A stretch of 64,000 nucleotides of DNA from Planctomycetota bacterium (GTDB taxonomy: Bacteria; Planctomycetota; GCA-002687715; CAIWVZ01): the NCBI GenBank assembly GCA_044222185.1, contig JBGANV010000003.1, positions 512,001 through 576,000 of the forward strand. The letters are read 5' to 3'. How positions within the stretch are numbered: position 1 is the first letter of the stretch; each line of letters opens with the position of its first letter. The translations under genes were made by a program, and so were the position numbers. The notes beneath the pieces are model-generated. The model saw only the letters and a list, made by a program, of their open reading frames with translations, was not told the DNA's origin and did not search any database. Shown here piece after piece: positions 20,531 through 30,631 of this stretch.

Positions 20531-22132
20531 ATGAGAGCCGCCATCTCTGCCGTCGTGCTCGCCGCATCCCTCGCGGCGCAAACTCAGATCTGCTCGCCAC
20601 TGCTCTCCGGGAACGGGCAATCGGGGAACATCTTCGACGTGGCCAACGTTTCGGCCCAGACCGTGACGATCACGGGCATCGGACAGAACTTCTTTGCAGC
20701 CGGCACGTGCGTCTACGAAGCGTGGGTCACCACGAACGGTGGGCCGTGGAACGGGCTGCAGAACAACGCAGCCGCGTGGACGCGCGTCGGCACGACAGGA
20801 ACGACACCGATCGCCGTCCCAGGCGCCGGCACTGCGTTCACGATCCCGTTCTGCGTCAACATCACGCTCGCGCCCGGCCAGGTCCTCGGCATGTACCTGA
20901 CCTGCACGAACGCCACTGGGACGATCGTCGCCTACACCAATGGCACTGCCATCGGCACACCACTGATCAATGACGGCACGCTCGAGATCCGCAGCGGCCT
21001 CGGCAACGCATATCCGTTCGGGGGGACCTTCAGCCCGCGCAACTGGAACGGCTGCCTCAGCTACGTGTTCGGCACTGCGTCCGCCACCTACGAGACGAAT
21101 GACCCGCTCTCGACTTTCACCTTCGACACGTCCGTCGGCTCGGGATGCACCGCGGCCGCCACGACGGTCTGCCCGAATGAAGTCCACTCGGCAAATTTCG
21201 CGTCGAGCCAGGTGGGAGCGCCGTTCGAGACGATCGTGACGCTCGAGGGCACGTACCCGGGCAACGGTCCACCGGCGATCACGACCGCCAACGGCCAGAT
21301 CGTCAACGTCAACCTCTTCTCGCCGACGCTGTTCTGGCTGAACGGCGGCGCGGCGCCGATCTTCGCCCCGCACCCAGGGGCGTTCAACTTCGCGTTCAAC
21401 ACGGGCCCAGTGCCCTTCACGGCCTCCGCACAGCAGGCAGTTCTGACGCCCGCACATCCGGACGGATTCGCGCTCAGCCAGGCCGGTCAGCTGACGATTT
21501 CCGCAGGAGTGACATCGGTCCCAGGTCCTTCCGGCGATGACGTCGCGCTCGCGATTCCGCTCGGCGGGCAGCCGGGTTGCGGGCCGGGCTCCGTGTCGTT
21601 CTTCGGTTCGACCTACACCACCATGCAGGTGATCACGAACGGCCGCGTCATGTTCGGCACGGCGAACACGTCGTTCACTCCGACCGCTGCGGCCGCTCTG
21701 ACGGACGCTCCGAGCATCGGGTGCTGGACCGACTTCAACACGGCGACCGGCGGGAACATCACGATCGACTTCTCGGTGCCGAACACCGTCCGGGTGAACT
21801 GGAACGCCGTCGCCTACTTCGGCCAGGCCGGCACCGCCAACACGTACTCGATCGTCTTCGACAACACGACGGGTGTGGTGACCCTCGCCAACGTCAACAC
21901 GCTCGGCGCCCAGCTCGTCGGTTCGGCGCTCAACATGTGGACGGGCGCGAGCCCCGGACTCGCTGGCGGCGCGACCAACTCCGGAGCGACTGCGTTCGGA
22001 CCGGGCCTCTCCGGCACCCCAACCCTGCCGACGGACGAGATCTACATCTTCGGCACGGCGCCGCAGCACGCCGGCTGCGCCAACATCTTCTTCGTGCCAA
22101 GCGGGACGTCGTACACGTGGGCAGCGAACTGA
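20531..22132 (+). CDS. Secreted Thr/Gly/Asn-rich multi-domain protein with nidogen-like GDD domain
   Basis: Signal peptide ending SLAAQ; CAGGAG RBS; GPSGDD...FFGSTY..MQVITNGRVMF motif. Confidence 0.85.
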   Translation: MRAAISAVVLAASLAAQTQICSPLLSGNGQSGNIFDVANVSAQTVTITGIGQNFFAAGTCVYEAWVTTNGGPWNGLQNNAAAWTRVGTTGTTPIAVPGAGTAFTIPFCVNITLAPGQVLGMYLTCTNATGTIVAYTNGTAIGTPLINDGTLEIRSGLGNAYPFGGTFSPRNWNGCLSYVFGTASATYETNDPLSTFTFDTSVGSGCTAAATTVCPNEVHSANFASSQVGAPFETIVTLEGTYPGNGPPAITTANGQIVNVNLFSPTLFWLNGGAAPIFAPHPGAFNFAFNTGPVPFTASAQQAVLTPAHPDGFALSQAGQLTISAGVTSVPGPSGDDVALAIPLGGQPGCGPGSVSFFGSTYTTMQVITNGRVMFGTANTSFTPTAAAALTDAPSIGCWTDFNTATGGNITIDFSVPNTVRVNWNAVAYFGQAGTANTYSIVFDNTTGVVTLANVNTLGAQLVGSALNMWTGASPGLAGGATNSGATAFGPGLSGTPTLPTDEIYIFGTAPQHAGCANIFFVPSGTSYTWAAN

Positions 22133-22225
22133 GCTGACCCGGGCGAGGACCAGGTCTTCCGAACACGGCGCCGACTGCAACGTCGGCGCTGCGTTCGCTT
22201 ACGGAGCGCCCCGCTCGCCGCGGGC

Positions 22226-22849
22226 ATGCGGGCTCGTCCTCCCGCGTCGCGTTGGCTACACTGCCGGCCTCCGAGACTCGATCCGTTGCGCTCCACATTC
22301 ACTTCCGCCGTCGTCTTCGTCCTCACCGTCCTGCTCGTGATCGGCTGTTCCACCGGATCCCCGGAGCGCCCGGGCGCACGCTCGACGTCGCCCATGTGGC
22401 TCACGACGAGGACCCCAACCCACGACGAGTTCACCACGGTCCAGGCGGGCAACAGGTCTGCAAACACGGAGGCGACGGACGACACCGACCGTGAGTTGCA
22501 GGAATTCGGAGTGAGTGGGGGCAGCCTGGAGCCGACCGCGGCCATGGCCGCTCTCAAGCGGGCCGGACTCGAACAGAAACTCGAGAACTGGGCGCAGACG
22601 CCACCCGAACCCATGTCCATCGTGCAGCGACACGCGGCACTGACGCTGCACCTGGCGAACGCCGTGAACTGGTCGGCCGTGGAGCGTCGTGCGCTCGACC
22701 CGCAGCGCTTCGATCAACTCGTCGCCGAGTTCAGGGATGCCAGCACCGCGCTCCTGAAGGCGGCGCGTGGGAACGACCGCCCACGTGTCCAGGCGACAGC
22801 ATCCTCGCTGCTTGCGACCTGCGTCGACTGCCACACGACGTTCCGCTGA
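22226..22849 (+). CDS. Cytochrome c'-like (class II) lipoprotein; start may be downstream
   Basis: Lipobox-like LLVIGC; helical body; single C-terminal CVDCH haem motif. Confidence 0.7.
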   Translation: MRARPPASRWLHCRPPRLDPLRSTFTSAVVFVLTVLLVIGCSTGSPERPGARSTSPMWLTTRTPTHDEFTTVQAGNRSANTEATDDTDRELQEFGVSGGSLEPTAAMAALKRAGLEQKLENWAQTPPEPMSIVQRHAALTLHLANAVNWSAVERRALDPQRFDQLVAEFRDASTALLKAARGNDRPRVQATASSLLATCVDCHTTFR

Positions 22850-22907
22850 CCTCCGTCCGCGGCGCCCGCGGCCTCCCGACCGCACAAGCGCCAGCTACAC
22901 TCGCCCC

Positions 22908-24233
22908 ATGCGTGGGTCGCCCTCCGATCAACAGACGACCATCTGGCGCGGCGTCGTCGCCGACACGCCCGAGGATCCATTCCGTCGCAGGAGCGCTGCC
23001 CTTCGCGTTCTGCACGACGGAGCGGTCGTGGCTGGCCCCGGCGGTCGCATTCTCCACGTCGGGCCGTTCGAAGGCGCCGCCGCGGCCTACCCGACTGCGC
23101 ACGTCGACGACCGCCGCCCCGCGTGGATCCTGCCCGGGTTCGTGGATTGTCACACGCACTTCCCGCAGACGTTCGCGATCGCGTCCGGTGGCGGAGACCT
23201 CCTGACGTGGCTTCACGGTCACGTCTTTCCGGAGGAGATCAGGCTCCAGGACCCGACCTATGCGACCCGAGTCGCGGCGGTGTACTGCGACCGCCTCGTG
23301 CGGTCGGGCACGACGACGGCACTCGTATTCGGCTCCCACGACCCGCAGGCGACGGCGCTGTGCCTGCGTGAGGCCCGCCACCGACGACTCCGCGTGATCG
23401 CGGGGAAAGTCCTTCATGGTTGCGACGTTCCGGCCCCGATGCTCGACGGCCCGGACGGCGGTCTGGACGCGTGCCGCGCCCTCGTCGCCGATTGGCATGG
23501 ACGGGACAAGGTTCGAATCGCCGTGATGCCGCGGTTCGCGCTGACGTCCACGGCGCAAACCTATGAAGCCTGTCGTGCACTCCTGCGAGAGAATCCCGGT
23601 CTCCACGTGCACACACACGTGAGCGAGAGCGTGCGCGAGGTCGCCGAAGTGGGCGTGCGATTCCCGGATTCGACGAGCTACTGCGACGCCTACGACCGCG
23701 AAGGCCTGCTCGGACCGAATACGATCCTCGCCCACGGCGTCCATCTGAGCGTCGACGAACGGTCACGGCTTGCGCGGCGCGGCGTCGCGCTCGCGCACTG
23801 CCCGTCCAGCAACGCATTCCTCGGGAGCGGCATCATGTCTCTCCGCGAGGCGATCGAGGCTGGCATCCGCGTCGGGCTCGGGACTGACGTGGGAGCCGGC
23901 ACCTCGTTCTCCGTCGCCGAGGAGACGCGGGCCGCCTACGGCGCCGCCTCATTGCGCGGTCGTCCCCTTTCCGCCGCCGAGATGCTCTGGCTCGCGACTC
24001 AGGGAGGGGCCCAGACGCTGGGATTGGGTGACGAGGTCGGGAGTTTCGCACCCGGCAAGGCCGCGGACTTCGTGATTCTCGACCCCAAGAGCGACCTGTT
24101 CCTCGTCGACCGCCTCGACCGCGCGCCCGACGCGGAATCCAAGCTGTTCGTGCTCCTCTTCCTCGCAGGCGCTGCCGCCATCGGAGATGTGATCATCGAC
24201 GGCCGCAGCGCGATCGCGGAGGGATCCTGCTGA
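22908..24233 (+). CDS. guaD: Guanine deaminase (amidohydrolase family)
   Basis: PGFVDCHTHFPQ, LLTWL...FPEE, PRFALTS, HTHVSE, AHGVH and GTDVGAG motifs. Confidence 0.9.
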   Translation: MRGSPSDQQTTIWRGVVADTPEDPFRRRSAALRVLHDGAVVAGPGGRILHVGPFEGAAAAYPTAHVDDRRPAWILPGFVDCHTHFPQTFAIASGGGDLLTWLHGHVFPEEIRLQDPTYATRVAAVYCDRLVRSGTTTALVFGSHDPQATALCLREARHRRLRVIAGKVLHGCDVPAPMLDGPDGGLDACRALVADWHGRDKVRIAVMPRFALTSTAQTYEACRALLRENPGLHVHTHVSESVREVAEVGVRFPDSTSYCDAYDREGLLGPNTILAHGVHLSVDERSRLARRGVALAHCPSSNAFLGSGIMSLREAIEAGIRVGLGTDVGAGTSFSVAEETRAAYGAASLRGRPLSAAEMLWLATQGGAQTLGLGDEVGSFAPGKAADFVILDPKSDLFLVDRLDRAPDAESKLFVLLFLAGAAAIGDVIIDGRSAIAEGSC

Positions 24234-25099
24234 TGCGCTGGTTCCGAATCGGCGTCATCGTCGTCATCGTGGCGGTCGCCGCCGTCTTCTTGTGGCTCGC
24301 GCGCTCCGTCCGCCCGAACCTCGTGATGATCGACGCCGAGCCCTACGCGATCGCCGCCTCCGGCCGGGTCGACCACTCCCCCTTCGAAAACCTCCTCGCC
24401 CGGTTCCTGCGCGCCGACGGTTCGTTGGACTACGCGTCCTGGCATGCCGACCCCGCTTCACGAAATGAACTCGATCGTTACCTCGCGACGCTCTCGAAGG
24501 TGAGTCCCAGATCCGCGCCCGCGAGCTATGGCGACACCACGTCCGCCATCGCCTATTACATCAACGCCTACCATGCCGCGGGCATCGCGGTGATCCTGCG
24601 CGCCTGGCCCGTGCGCTCCATCCGAGAGATCGGACCAGACCCGGATCACGACGACGCCCGTGGGTTCTTCCGCCGCAACACGTTCCTGTTCGGCGGATCC
24701 CAGATGACGCTCTACGGTCTCGTGTGCCGATGGCTCGCCGACCTGTCCCCCGACCCGGCCGTCGCGTGCGCGATCGGTGGTTTCAGCCCCATGTTCCCGC
24801 CCGTCCCCAAGTCGATTCCCACGGGGCCGTCGCAACCCTCGTTCTTCGCCGAGCAGGCTCGAGCCTTCGTGAATTCACCGGGAGTGGTCACGCTCGACGA
24901 GGCGCGGCAGCGGGTCCTCGTCTCACCGGCGTTCTTCTGGCGCCACGAGCTCTTCGCCCGAAGCAGCGACGAGGCGGATCCCACGCCCGACATTCGCGCG
25001 CTCTGCGAGCGGTTCGCCGCACCGGATCTCCGCGCATCGCTCCTGCGCGCCCGCAAGTGGGAGCTGGCGCCCGCGGCCGCGGATCTATCGATTCGCTGA
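24233..25099 (+). CDS. DUF547-like membrane-anchored protein
   Basis: DH..F..LL..F....G.LDY and AYYINAYHA motifs; TGATG coupling to guaD. Confidence 0.7.
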   Translation: MRWFRIGVIVVIVAVAAVFLWLARSVRPNLVMIDAEPYAIAASGRVDHSPFENLLARFLRADGSLDYASWHADPASRNELDRYLATLSKVSPRSAPASYGDTTSAIAYYINAYHAAGIAVILRAWPVRSIREIGPDPDHDDARGFFRRNTFLFGGSQMTLYGLVCRWLADLSPDPAVACAIGGFSPMFPPVPKSIPTGPSQPSFFAEQARAFVNSPGVVTLDEARQRVLVSPAFFWRHELFARSSDEADPTPDIRALCERFAAPDLRASLLRARKWELAPAAADLSIR

Positions 25100-25111
25100 A
25101 CTCCCCCGAAC

Positions 25112-26572
25112 TCAGCGGTACGCCACGCACCACGCGCCGTCGAGACGCCGCGTGAGCCCGGGGATCACGTCGAGAACGTCCGATCGCTCGCGCGGGACGA
25201 CGAACACCGTGACGCCGTAGCGCTCGGCGGCCGCGGCGAAACGCGCCGCACCGTCCGGCACGACGACGACGGGCCGCGACGTCGCCAAGGCGACGCCCGT
25301 CGCAACCGTCGACTCCGTCATGATGGCGCCCTTGGTGTGCGCCGGTGCACTGCCGGGAATCCCCGCAGCGATGCGCTCGGCGAGGTCGGGGCCGATGTCC
25401 GCCGGCGCCGACTCTCGGTCGCCGATCAGCCACAGGATCGGGCACGACAGCACCGCGACCGTCGCGACGGCGGCGAGGTGGCGCCGTGCGTCCGCTGGCG
25501 CGACCGGGTGCGCTGACGTGCGAGGGTGGAACGCCGTCGCGATCGCCACGGCGGCGGCCGCCACGAGCGGGGCGACGCACGGCAGGAAGACGTACGCCGC
25601 GGGGAGAACCACGGCCGCGACGCAACTCGATGCCACGGCCCCTAGCGCGAGCCACTCCGGATGGCGCACACGCCGCTTCAATCGCAGGCCGAGGAGGACG
25701 CAGCCGAGCGCTACGAGCGGCACCCCCCGATCCCGGCTCAGCTCCCGAGGAAGCGTGCTCCACGCCGGCGACGCGGAGCCGAGCGCGTCGACGGCCGCGG
25801 CGACGCGCATCCACGTCCACGGGCCAGGCGCGTCGGAGTCAGACACGAGGCGCACCTGCGGCGCGAGCAGAACCACGAATACGAGGATCGCAAAGACGAG
25901 CTGCCCCAGCGCACGCCGCGTCTTCCATTGCTGCTGCACCGCGATGTACCCGACACCGGCGAGGACCATTCCGATCGAACTGCCCGCGAGGAGGCTCACG
26001 TCGGCCGCGAGTCCGCAGAGTGCCGCGGCGGCGCCGAGGCGCAAGAGGTTGCGGCCCCCCGTTTCCACCTGGCGGCACATGGCCATGAATGCCCAGAACA
26101 CGAGAACCGCGGCGAGCGCGTCCCGCCATGCGGGTCCGAGCGGGGCGATCAGGGGATCGATCTCGTGGCGCAGCGCGAGAGCGCCGACCGTCGCGAGGCC
26201 AGCGACGATCCCCACCCGGCGAGCGACGACGACGAATGCGAGGACCAGCAGCACGGCGACGAGCGCACACGCGAGGCCCGCGGCATCGGGCCGCGCGGAA
26301 CGATCCGTGCGGCCGAAGATGGCGCCGAGATCCAGACGGAGATCGCGCTCGGAGCCTGCGTCGGGGTAATCCCACGCATGGTGCGAGATGAGCGCCGGCC
26401 CCGCTTGCCCTTCGCCGCGCGAGGAGAAGGCGACGTCGTCGTAGGTCGGTCGCGGCATCGCACCGGCAAGGCGATCGACGCCGACTCGATGGCCTGCCCA
26501 GACGAAGAGGGTGGCGAAGAGCGCGACCGCCGCCGACCAGCGCCAGAGCGTCTGTCGTTCGGTGTCAAACAA
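25112..26572 (-). CDS. Polytopic membrane protein, possibly GT-C/ArnT-like
   Basis: About 10 hydrophobic segments; probable TTG start overlapping the radical SAM gene stop. Confidence 0.55.
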   Translation of the reverse strand: MFDTERQTLWRWSAAVALFATLFVWAGHRVGVDRLAGAMPRPTYDDVAFSSRGEGQAGPALISHHAWDYPDAGSERDLRLDLGAIFGRTDRSARPDAAGLACALVAVLLVLAFVVVARRVGIVAGLATVGALALRHEIDPLIAPLGPAWRDALAAVLVFWAFMAMCRQVETGGRNLLRLGAAAALCGLAADVSLLAGSSIGMVLAGVGYIAVQQQWKTRRALGQLVFAILVFVVLLAPQVRLVSDSDAPGPWTWMRVAAAVDALGSASPAWSTLPRELSRDRGVPLVALGCVLLGLRLKRRVRHPEWLALGAVASSCVAAVVLPAAYVFLPCVAPLVAAAAVAIATAFHPRTSAHPVAPADARRHLAAVATVAVLSCPILWLIGDRESAPADIGPDLAERIAAGIPGSAPAHTKGAIMTESTVATGVALATSRPVVVVPDGAARFAAAAERYGVTVFVVPRERSDVLDVIPGLTRRLDGAWCVAYR

Positions 26573-27725
26573 TCGAGCCGGTCTTCGCGATGATGTAGCA
26601 CCCCTTGCACTGCGGGTGTGGCTCGGCCGAGTAGACGCGACGACGCATCTCCGCGTAGACGGGGCCATTCCAGATCAGCGAGAACGGCCGCTCCATGGAG
26701 TTGCCGATCTCGATCGCATTGGCGAGGCAGCAGGTATACACCTCACCACGGGGGCCGATGTAGGCCTTCCGCCACAGGAAGTGACACCGCGGTTGTCCGT
26801 CCGGAAGCCACGGCAGAGAGTCGATCCATCGCGTCGCATCGGAGCCGCCGGGTTCGCAGCCCGCGCCATCCTCGGACACCTCGGAGAGCCACCGCGGATC
26901 GACCTTCGGGAGATCGACCAATGCCGGCATCGGCGCCGCCGCCTCGTCGGGAGTGAGCTGGAACGGCGCCGGGCGGTCTACGGTGATCCCGTACCGCTCG
27001 GCCCGTCGCAGCGCCTCGGCGAGGCAGAAGTTGGTGAGGGCGCGATCGTTCGCGAGCGTCTCGCCCTCCGAGCCCGGCATGTAGTGCAGGAGGTGGAAGC
27101 ACGAGACGACGTCGGCGCGAAACGCCGCCGCCAGATCGATGAACGCTGGAAACTCGAGGATCGTGCTCCTCATCAGCACGAAGTTGAACGTCAGCCGCGG
27201 CCGGACCGCTCGCGGCATCTTCAGCCGCAGCTTGTTGAACCGCCGGATGTTCTCCATCACCTCGTCGAAGTCGGCGGGGATCCGGATCTTGTTGTAGGTC
27301 TCGCGTGTGGCGCCGTCGATCGAGAACGTGAACGTCTCGGCGCGCTCGACGAGATCGTGGAGGATCTTGCGCTCGCGCATCAACGTCCCGTTGCTGATGA
27401 TCTCGAGGCGAACGTCGTAGCGCCTGAGGTCCGCGAGGAGGCGCGGGAGATTGGGCGACATCAGCGGCTCGCCCGCCGCCGTGAGCTGGACCGTGCGCAG
27501 CGTCGGGAACAGCGTCGCAGCCGTCCGCTGGTAGACGGCCTCCTCCATGGGCACGACGGGAACGAGCCCCTCGCCTTGAGCGCACATGATGCACCGCAGG
27601 TTGCACGCCGTCGTCGTGACCATGTTGAGCCACACCGGGAGGTTCCGCGTGTGGGGCCGGCCGGCCAGTTCGTCCTCGAAGGCCAGACGGGCGTTGCGAT
27701 CCTTCAGTTCCTGCAGCGTTGGCAT
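26565..27725 (-). CDS. Radical SAM protein with SPASM/twitch domain
   Basis: CNLRCIMC, GEPL and SIDG motifs; C-terminal C..YTCC..IGN..IWNG..CKGC. Confidence 0.92.
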   Translation of the reverse strand: MPTLQELKDRNARLAFEDELAGRPHTRNLPVWLNMVTTTACNLRCIMCAQGEGLVPVVPMEEAVYQRTAATLFPTLRTVQLTAAGEPLMSPNLPRLLADLRRYDVRLEIISNGTLMRERKILHDLVERAETFTFSIDGATRETYNKIRIPADFDEVMENIRRFNKLRLKMPRAVRPRLTFNFVLMRSTILEFPAFIDLAAAFRADVVSCFHLLHYMPGSEGETLANDRALTNFCLAEALRRAERYGITVDRPAPFQLTPDEAAAPMPALVDLPKVDPRWLSEVSEDGAGCEPGGSDATRWIDSLPWLPDGQPRCHFLWRKAYIGPRGEVYTCCLANAIEIGNSMERPFSLIWNGPVYAEMRRRVYSAEPHPQCKGCYIIAKTGSIV

Positions 27726-27798
27726 GGTTGCGTCGTCGCGGGGCTCGGCAGTCTACGGCCCGCTCGCAAGCAGTTCACGCGGCGCCCGGGGATCACGC

Positions 27799-28284
27799 TC
27801 ACTGCCGCGGACGACGCAGCCAGGCGACTGGCCAGCGTGGCGTGACGGCGACCAGCGCGGCGATCAATGGGCCCGTCGTGACGACCCCACCGATGGCGCC
27901 CGTCCACGACAGGTCCGAGCCCCGTCCCAGGTCGTTCGTCCCGCGGAACGGCCACAGGAGCAACACCGCCAGGAGAGCGATCACCATCCCCACGAGCGCC
28001 TCACCGCGCGCACGGCTGACGGGGAGGATGCGCCGCGTCCAGAATGCCGCGAGCCCTAGCGCGAGATACACGAGCGGATACGCGGTCCATGCCGTCAGCG
28101 AAGTCAGCCCATCGAGAAGACCGAATCCAACGGCGGCGGCCACGAAACTCCCGGTCGTCGATCGCCGCGCCCACAGCACGACCCATGCCAGCCCGACGAA
28201 GGGCACTGCGAGTCCGAACTCGCCCAGCATGGCGCGCAGCCAGCACGCGGTGATCACGCTCAGGAGCGAAACGACGGCAATCAC
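27799..28284 (-). CDS. mreD: MreD-like membrane protein
   Basis: 161 aa, about 5 TM helices, FGLLDGL motif; GTGA overlap with mreC stop. Confidence 0.6.
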   Translation of the reverse strand: MIAVVSLLSVITACWLRAMLGEFGLAVPFVGLAWVVLWARRSTTGSFVAAAVGFGLLDGLTSLTAWTAYPLVYLALGLAAFWTRRILPVSRARGEALVGMVIALLAVLLLWPFRGTNDLGRGSDLSWTGAIGGVVTTGPLIAALVAVTPRWPVAWLRRPRQ

Positions 28285-29528
28285 CGCCGGGCTCCCGACA
28301 CCAGCCGGAGCAGCTCGTCGCGAAACGCGAACACGGGGATCGTCACCGCCGATGGCCACACGTCGACGGATCCCTCGATCACCAGAGCTCCACCGAGCCC
28401 CGTGCCCGAGCTCGCGATCCGTCCCACGCCGACGACGAGGTCGGCGGGCACAAGGCCCTGGCCGCCGGCGGTGAGCAACAGCACGGGCATGGCCTCGAAC
28501 GGCGGCTGAACGCCACCGACGAACTCGAAGACGCCGATACCCTTCGACCGCAGCATCGTGCGTCCGACCCGATCGTCGCTTCCAATCCAGCGCACGGAGA
28601 CCTCGTGCCCTGGATCGTGCAGACGCGAGCACAGCGCGAGCGGCCCCGCCGTCCGCACGACGCGTCCGAGGTATCGATCGTGTGCATGCACGGCCGACCC
28701 TTCGACCACGTCGGCGATCGTCGCGCCGGTGACGATGGCGCCGACGCCTTCCGCGGGCCCGTCGATCGCCATCACGGACGGGTCACCCTCGAAGAGGTTC
28801 TCCGTCGCGAGGTTCTTCGCGTAGGGAAGCGAAACGAACCCCACGTCTTCGGGCCGTGCCGACAGCTCGGTTCTGGGCTTTGGTCCGCGCTCGACGACGT
28901 GCGCGACGGACACGTTGCGCGGCGTCGCACGGTCGCCGTCCCCGCCGAACGTGACGACGGCGTCGCCCACGGCGAAACCCTCGAGCAGCGACCCCTGGGT
29001 GAGGTGCGTGCGCTCGCCGTCCCCCTCGTGGATCGCGTTCAGCCGCGACATCCCGCCCGGGAGTGCGGGACGGGACTCGGCCAGCGTGACGGCGACGCGC
29101 GTGCCCTTCGCCGAGAGCAGCGAGACGCGGGACAGGTGGGCCTCGATGCGATCCACGAATCCCACGAGCCCCGTGGGCGCGATGACCGGGTCACCGATGG
29201 AGACACCTTGGTCTCTGCCGCAGCCGACGACGACCTGCTGGCGATCGGACCGGTATTCCATCACCGGCACGAGCGTGTCGTGCGCGAGAGTGCCGCGGCG
29301 CTGCGCTTCCCACCACGCGAGCCGCGCGCGAACGTCGGGCCCGAGCTCGGCGACGGTTCCGGGCCGAGGGCGGTCGAGGGCGACGGTCGGCGCGAGGACG
29401 AGGTGGGCGATGCGGAGTCGCAGCCCTTCGGACTCCTCGCGAAAACCCAGGTGGGCTACGGCGACTGCGAACAGCGCGAGCGACGCGCGGGCGCTCGCCC
29501 GCAGGCCGCGGCCCTTCGTCGCCCACAC
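28281..29528 (-). CDS. mreC: MreC-like protein with two MreC beta-barrel modules
   Basis: VVGCGRDQGVSIGDPVIAPTGLVGFVDRI, then a second GSAV...YLGRVVRT..L.D.G...LTAGG.GLVPADLVVG module; directly follows mreB. Confidence 0.75.
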   Translation of the reverse strand: MWATKGRGLRASARASLALFAVAVAHLGFREESEGLRLRIAHLVLAPTVALDRPRPGTVAELGPDVRARLAWWEAQRRGTLAHDTLVPVMEYRSDRQQVVVGCGRDQGVSIGDPVIAPTGLVGFVDRIEAHLSRVSLLSAKGTRVAVTLAESRPALPGGMSRLNAIHEGDGERTHLTQGSLLEGFAVGDAVVTFGGDGDRATPRNVSVAHVVERGPKPRTELSARPEDVGFVSLPYAKNLATENLFEGDPSVMAIDGPAEGVGAIVTGATIADVVEGSAVHAHDRYLGRVVRTAGPLALCSRLHDPGHEVSVRWIGSDDRVGRTMLRSKGIGVFEFVGGVQPPFEAMPVLLLTAGGQGLVPADLVVGVGRIASSGTGLGGALVIEGSVDVWPSAVTIPVFAFRDELLRLVSGARR

Positions 29529-29529
29529 G

Positions 29530-30588
29530 TCAAACGTCCTCGGCCGTCTCCAGGATCTGCTTCAACAGATCGAGGTTGTCGAGGATGAAGCCCGTGCCGC
29601 GCGCGACGGCCGTGAGCGGGTCATCCGCGATCGTGACCGGCAGGTCGATGGCTTGCTGGATCCGCTTGTCGATGCCGCGCAGGAGCGCACCACCGCCGCA
29701 GACGTAGACGCCGCGATCGACGAGGTCGGCCGCCAACTCAGGCTCGGTGACCTCGAGCGTGGACTTCACGGCGGCGACGATCTGATCGAGCGGCTTCTGG
29801 AGCGCTTCGCGCACCTGCTCGGAGTTCAGCGCGACGGAACGCGGGAGACCGGACTTGTTGTCGCGCCCCTTCACCGTGAGTTCGAGTTCCTGTTCGAGGG
29901 GCACGGCGGAGCCGATGGCGATCTTGATGTGTTCGGCGGTCTGCGGGCCGATGAGCAGGTCGAATTTCGCCTTCATGTAGTCGACGATGGCTTCGTCGAG
30001 CTCGTCGCCGGCCGTGTCGATGCTCTTTTTCTCCACGATGCCCGCGAGGGAGAGCACGGCGACCTCCGTCGTGCCGCCACCGATGTCGACGACCATCGAT
30101 GCCGTCGGATCCTGCACCGGGAGCCCGATGCCGATCGCTGCCGCCATGGGTTCTTCGATCAGGAACACCCGCCGCGCGCCGGCGCGCTCCGCCGAGTGGA
30201 TGACGGCCTGCTTCTCGACCTGCGTGATGCCCGAGGGGATCGCGATGACGACACGCGGGTTCGCGAACATCCGGCGCGCACCCTGCACGCGGTGGATGAA
30301 GTACCGCAGCATGGCCTCGCAGATCTCGAAGTCCGCGATGACGCCATCCTTCATGGGACGGATCGCGCTGATGTTGCCCGGCGTCTTGCCCAACATCTCC
30401 TTGGCGCGCATGCCGACGGCCATGCCGTTGAGAAGCACCTGGTTGGTGCCTTTGCGGACGGCGACCACGGACGGCTCCGACAGGATGACGCCGCGTCCCG
30501 GCACGCAAACGAGCGTGTTCGCCGTTCCCAGGTCGATTCCCATGTCGACTGAGAACATCCCGATGATCCGGTCCAACCAGCGCATCAT
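29530..30588 (-). CDS. mreB: Rod shape-determining actin homologue MreB
   Basis: GIDLGTANT, EPSVVA, DIGGGTTEVA and GGGALL motifs. Confidence 0.98.
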   Translation of the reverse strand: MMRWLDRIIGMFSVDMGIDLGTANTLVCVPGRGVILSEPSVVAVRKGTNQVLLNGMAVGMRAKEMLGKTPGNISAIRPMKDGVIADFEICEAMLRYFIHRVQGARRMFANPRVVIAIPSGITQVEKQAVIHSAERAGARRVFLIEEPMAAAIGIGLPVQDPTASMVVDIGGGTTEVAVLSLAGIVEKKSIDTAGDELDEAIVDYMKAKFDLLIGPQTAEHIKIAIGSAVPLEQELELTVKGRDNKSGLPRSVALNSEQVREALQKPLDQIVAAVKSTLEVTEPELAADLVDRGVYVCGGGALLRGIDKRIQQAIDLPVTIADDPLTAVARGTGFILDNLDLLKQILETAEDV

Positions 30589-30631
30589 GCGCTCGCAACC
30601 TCCCCGTCACCGGTCCTTCGGGCACCCCTGG

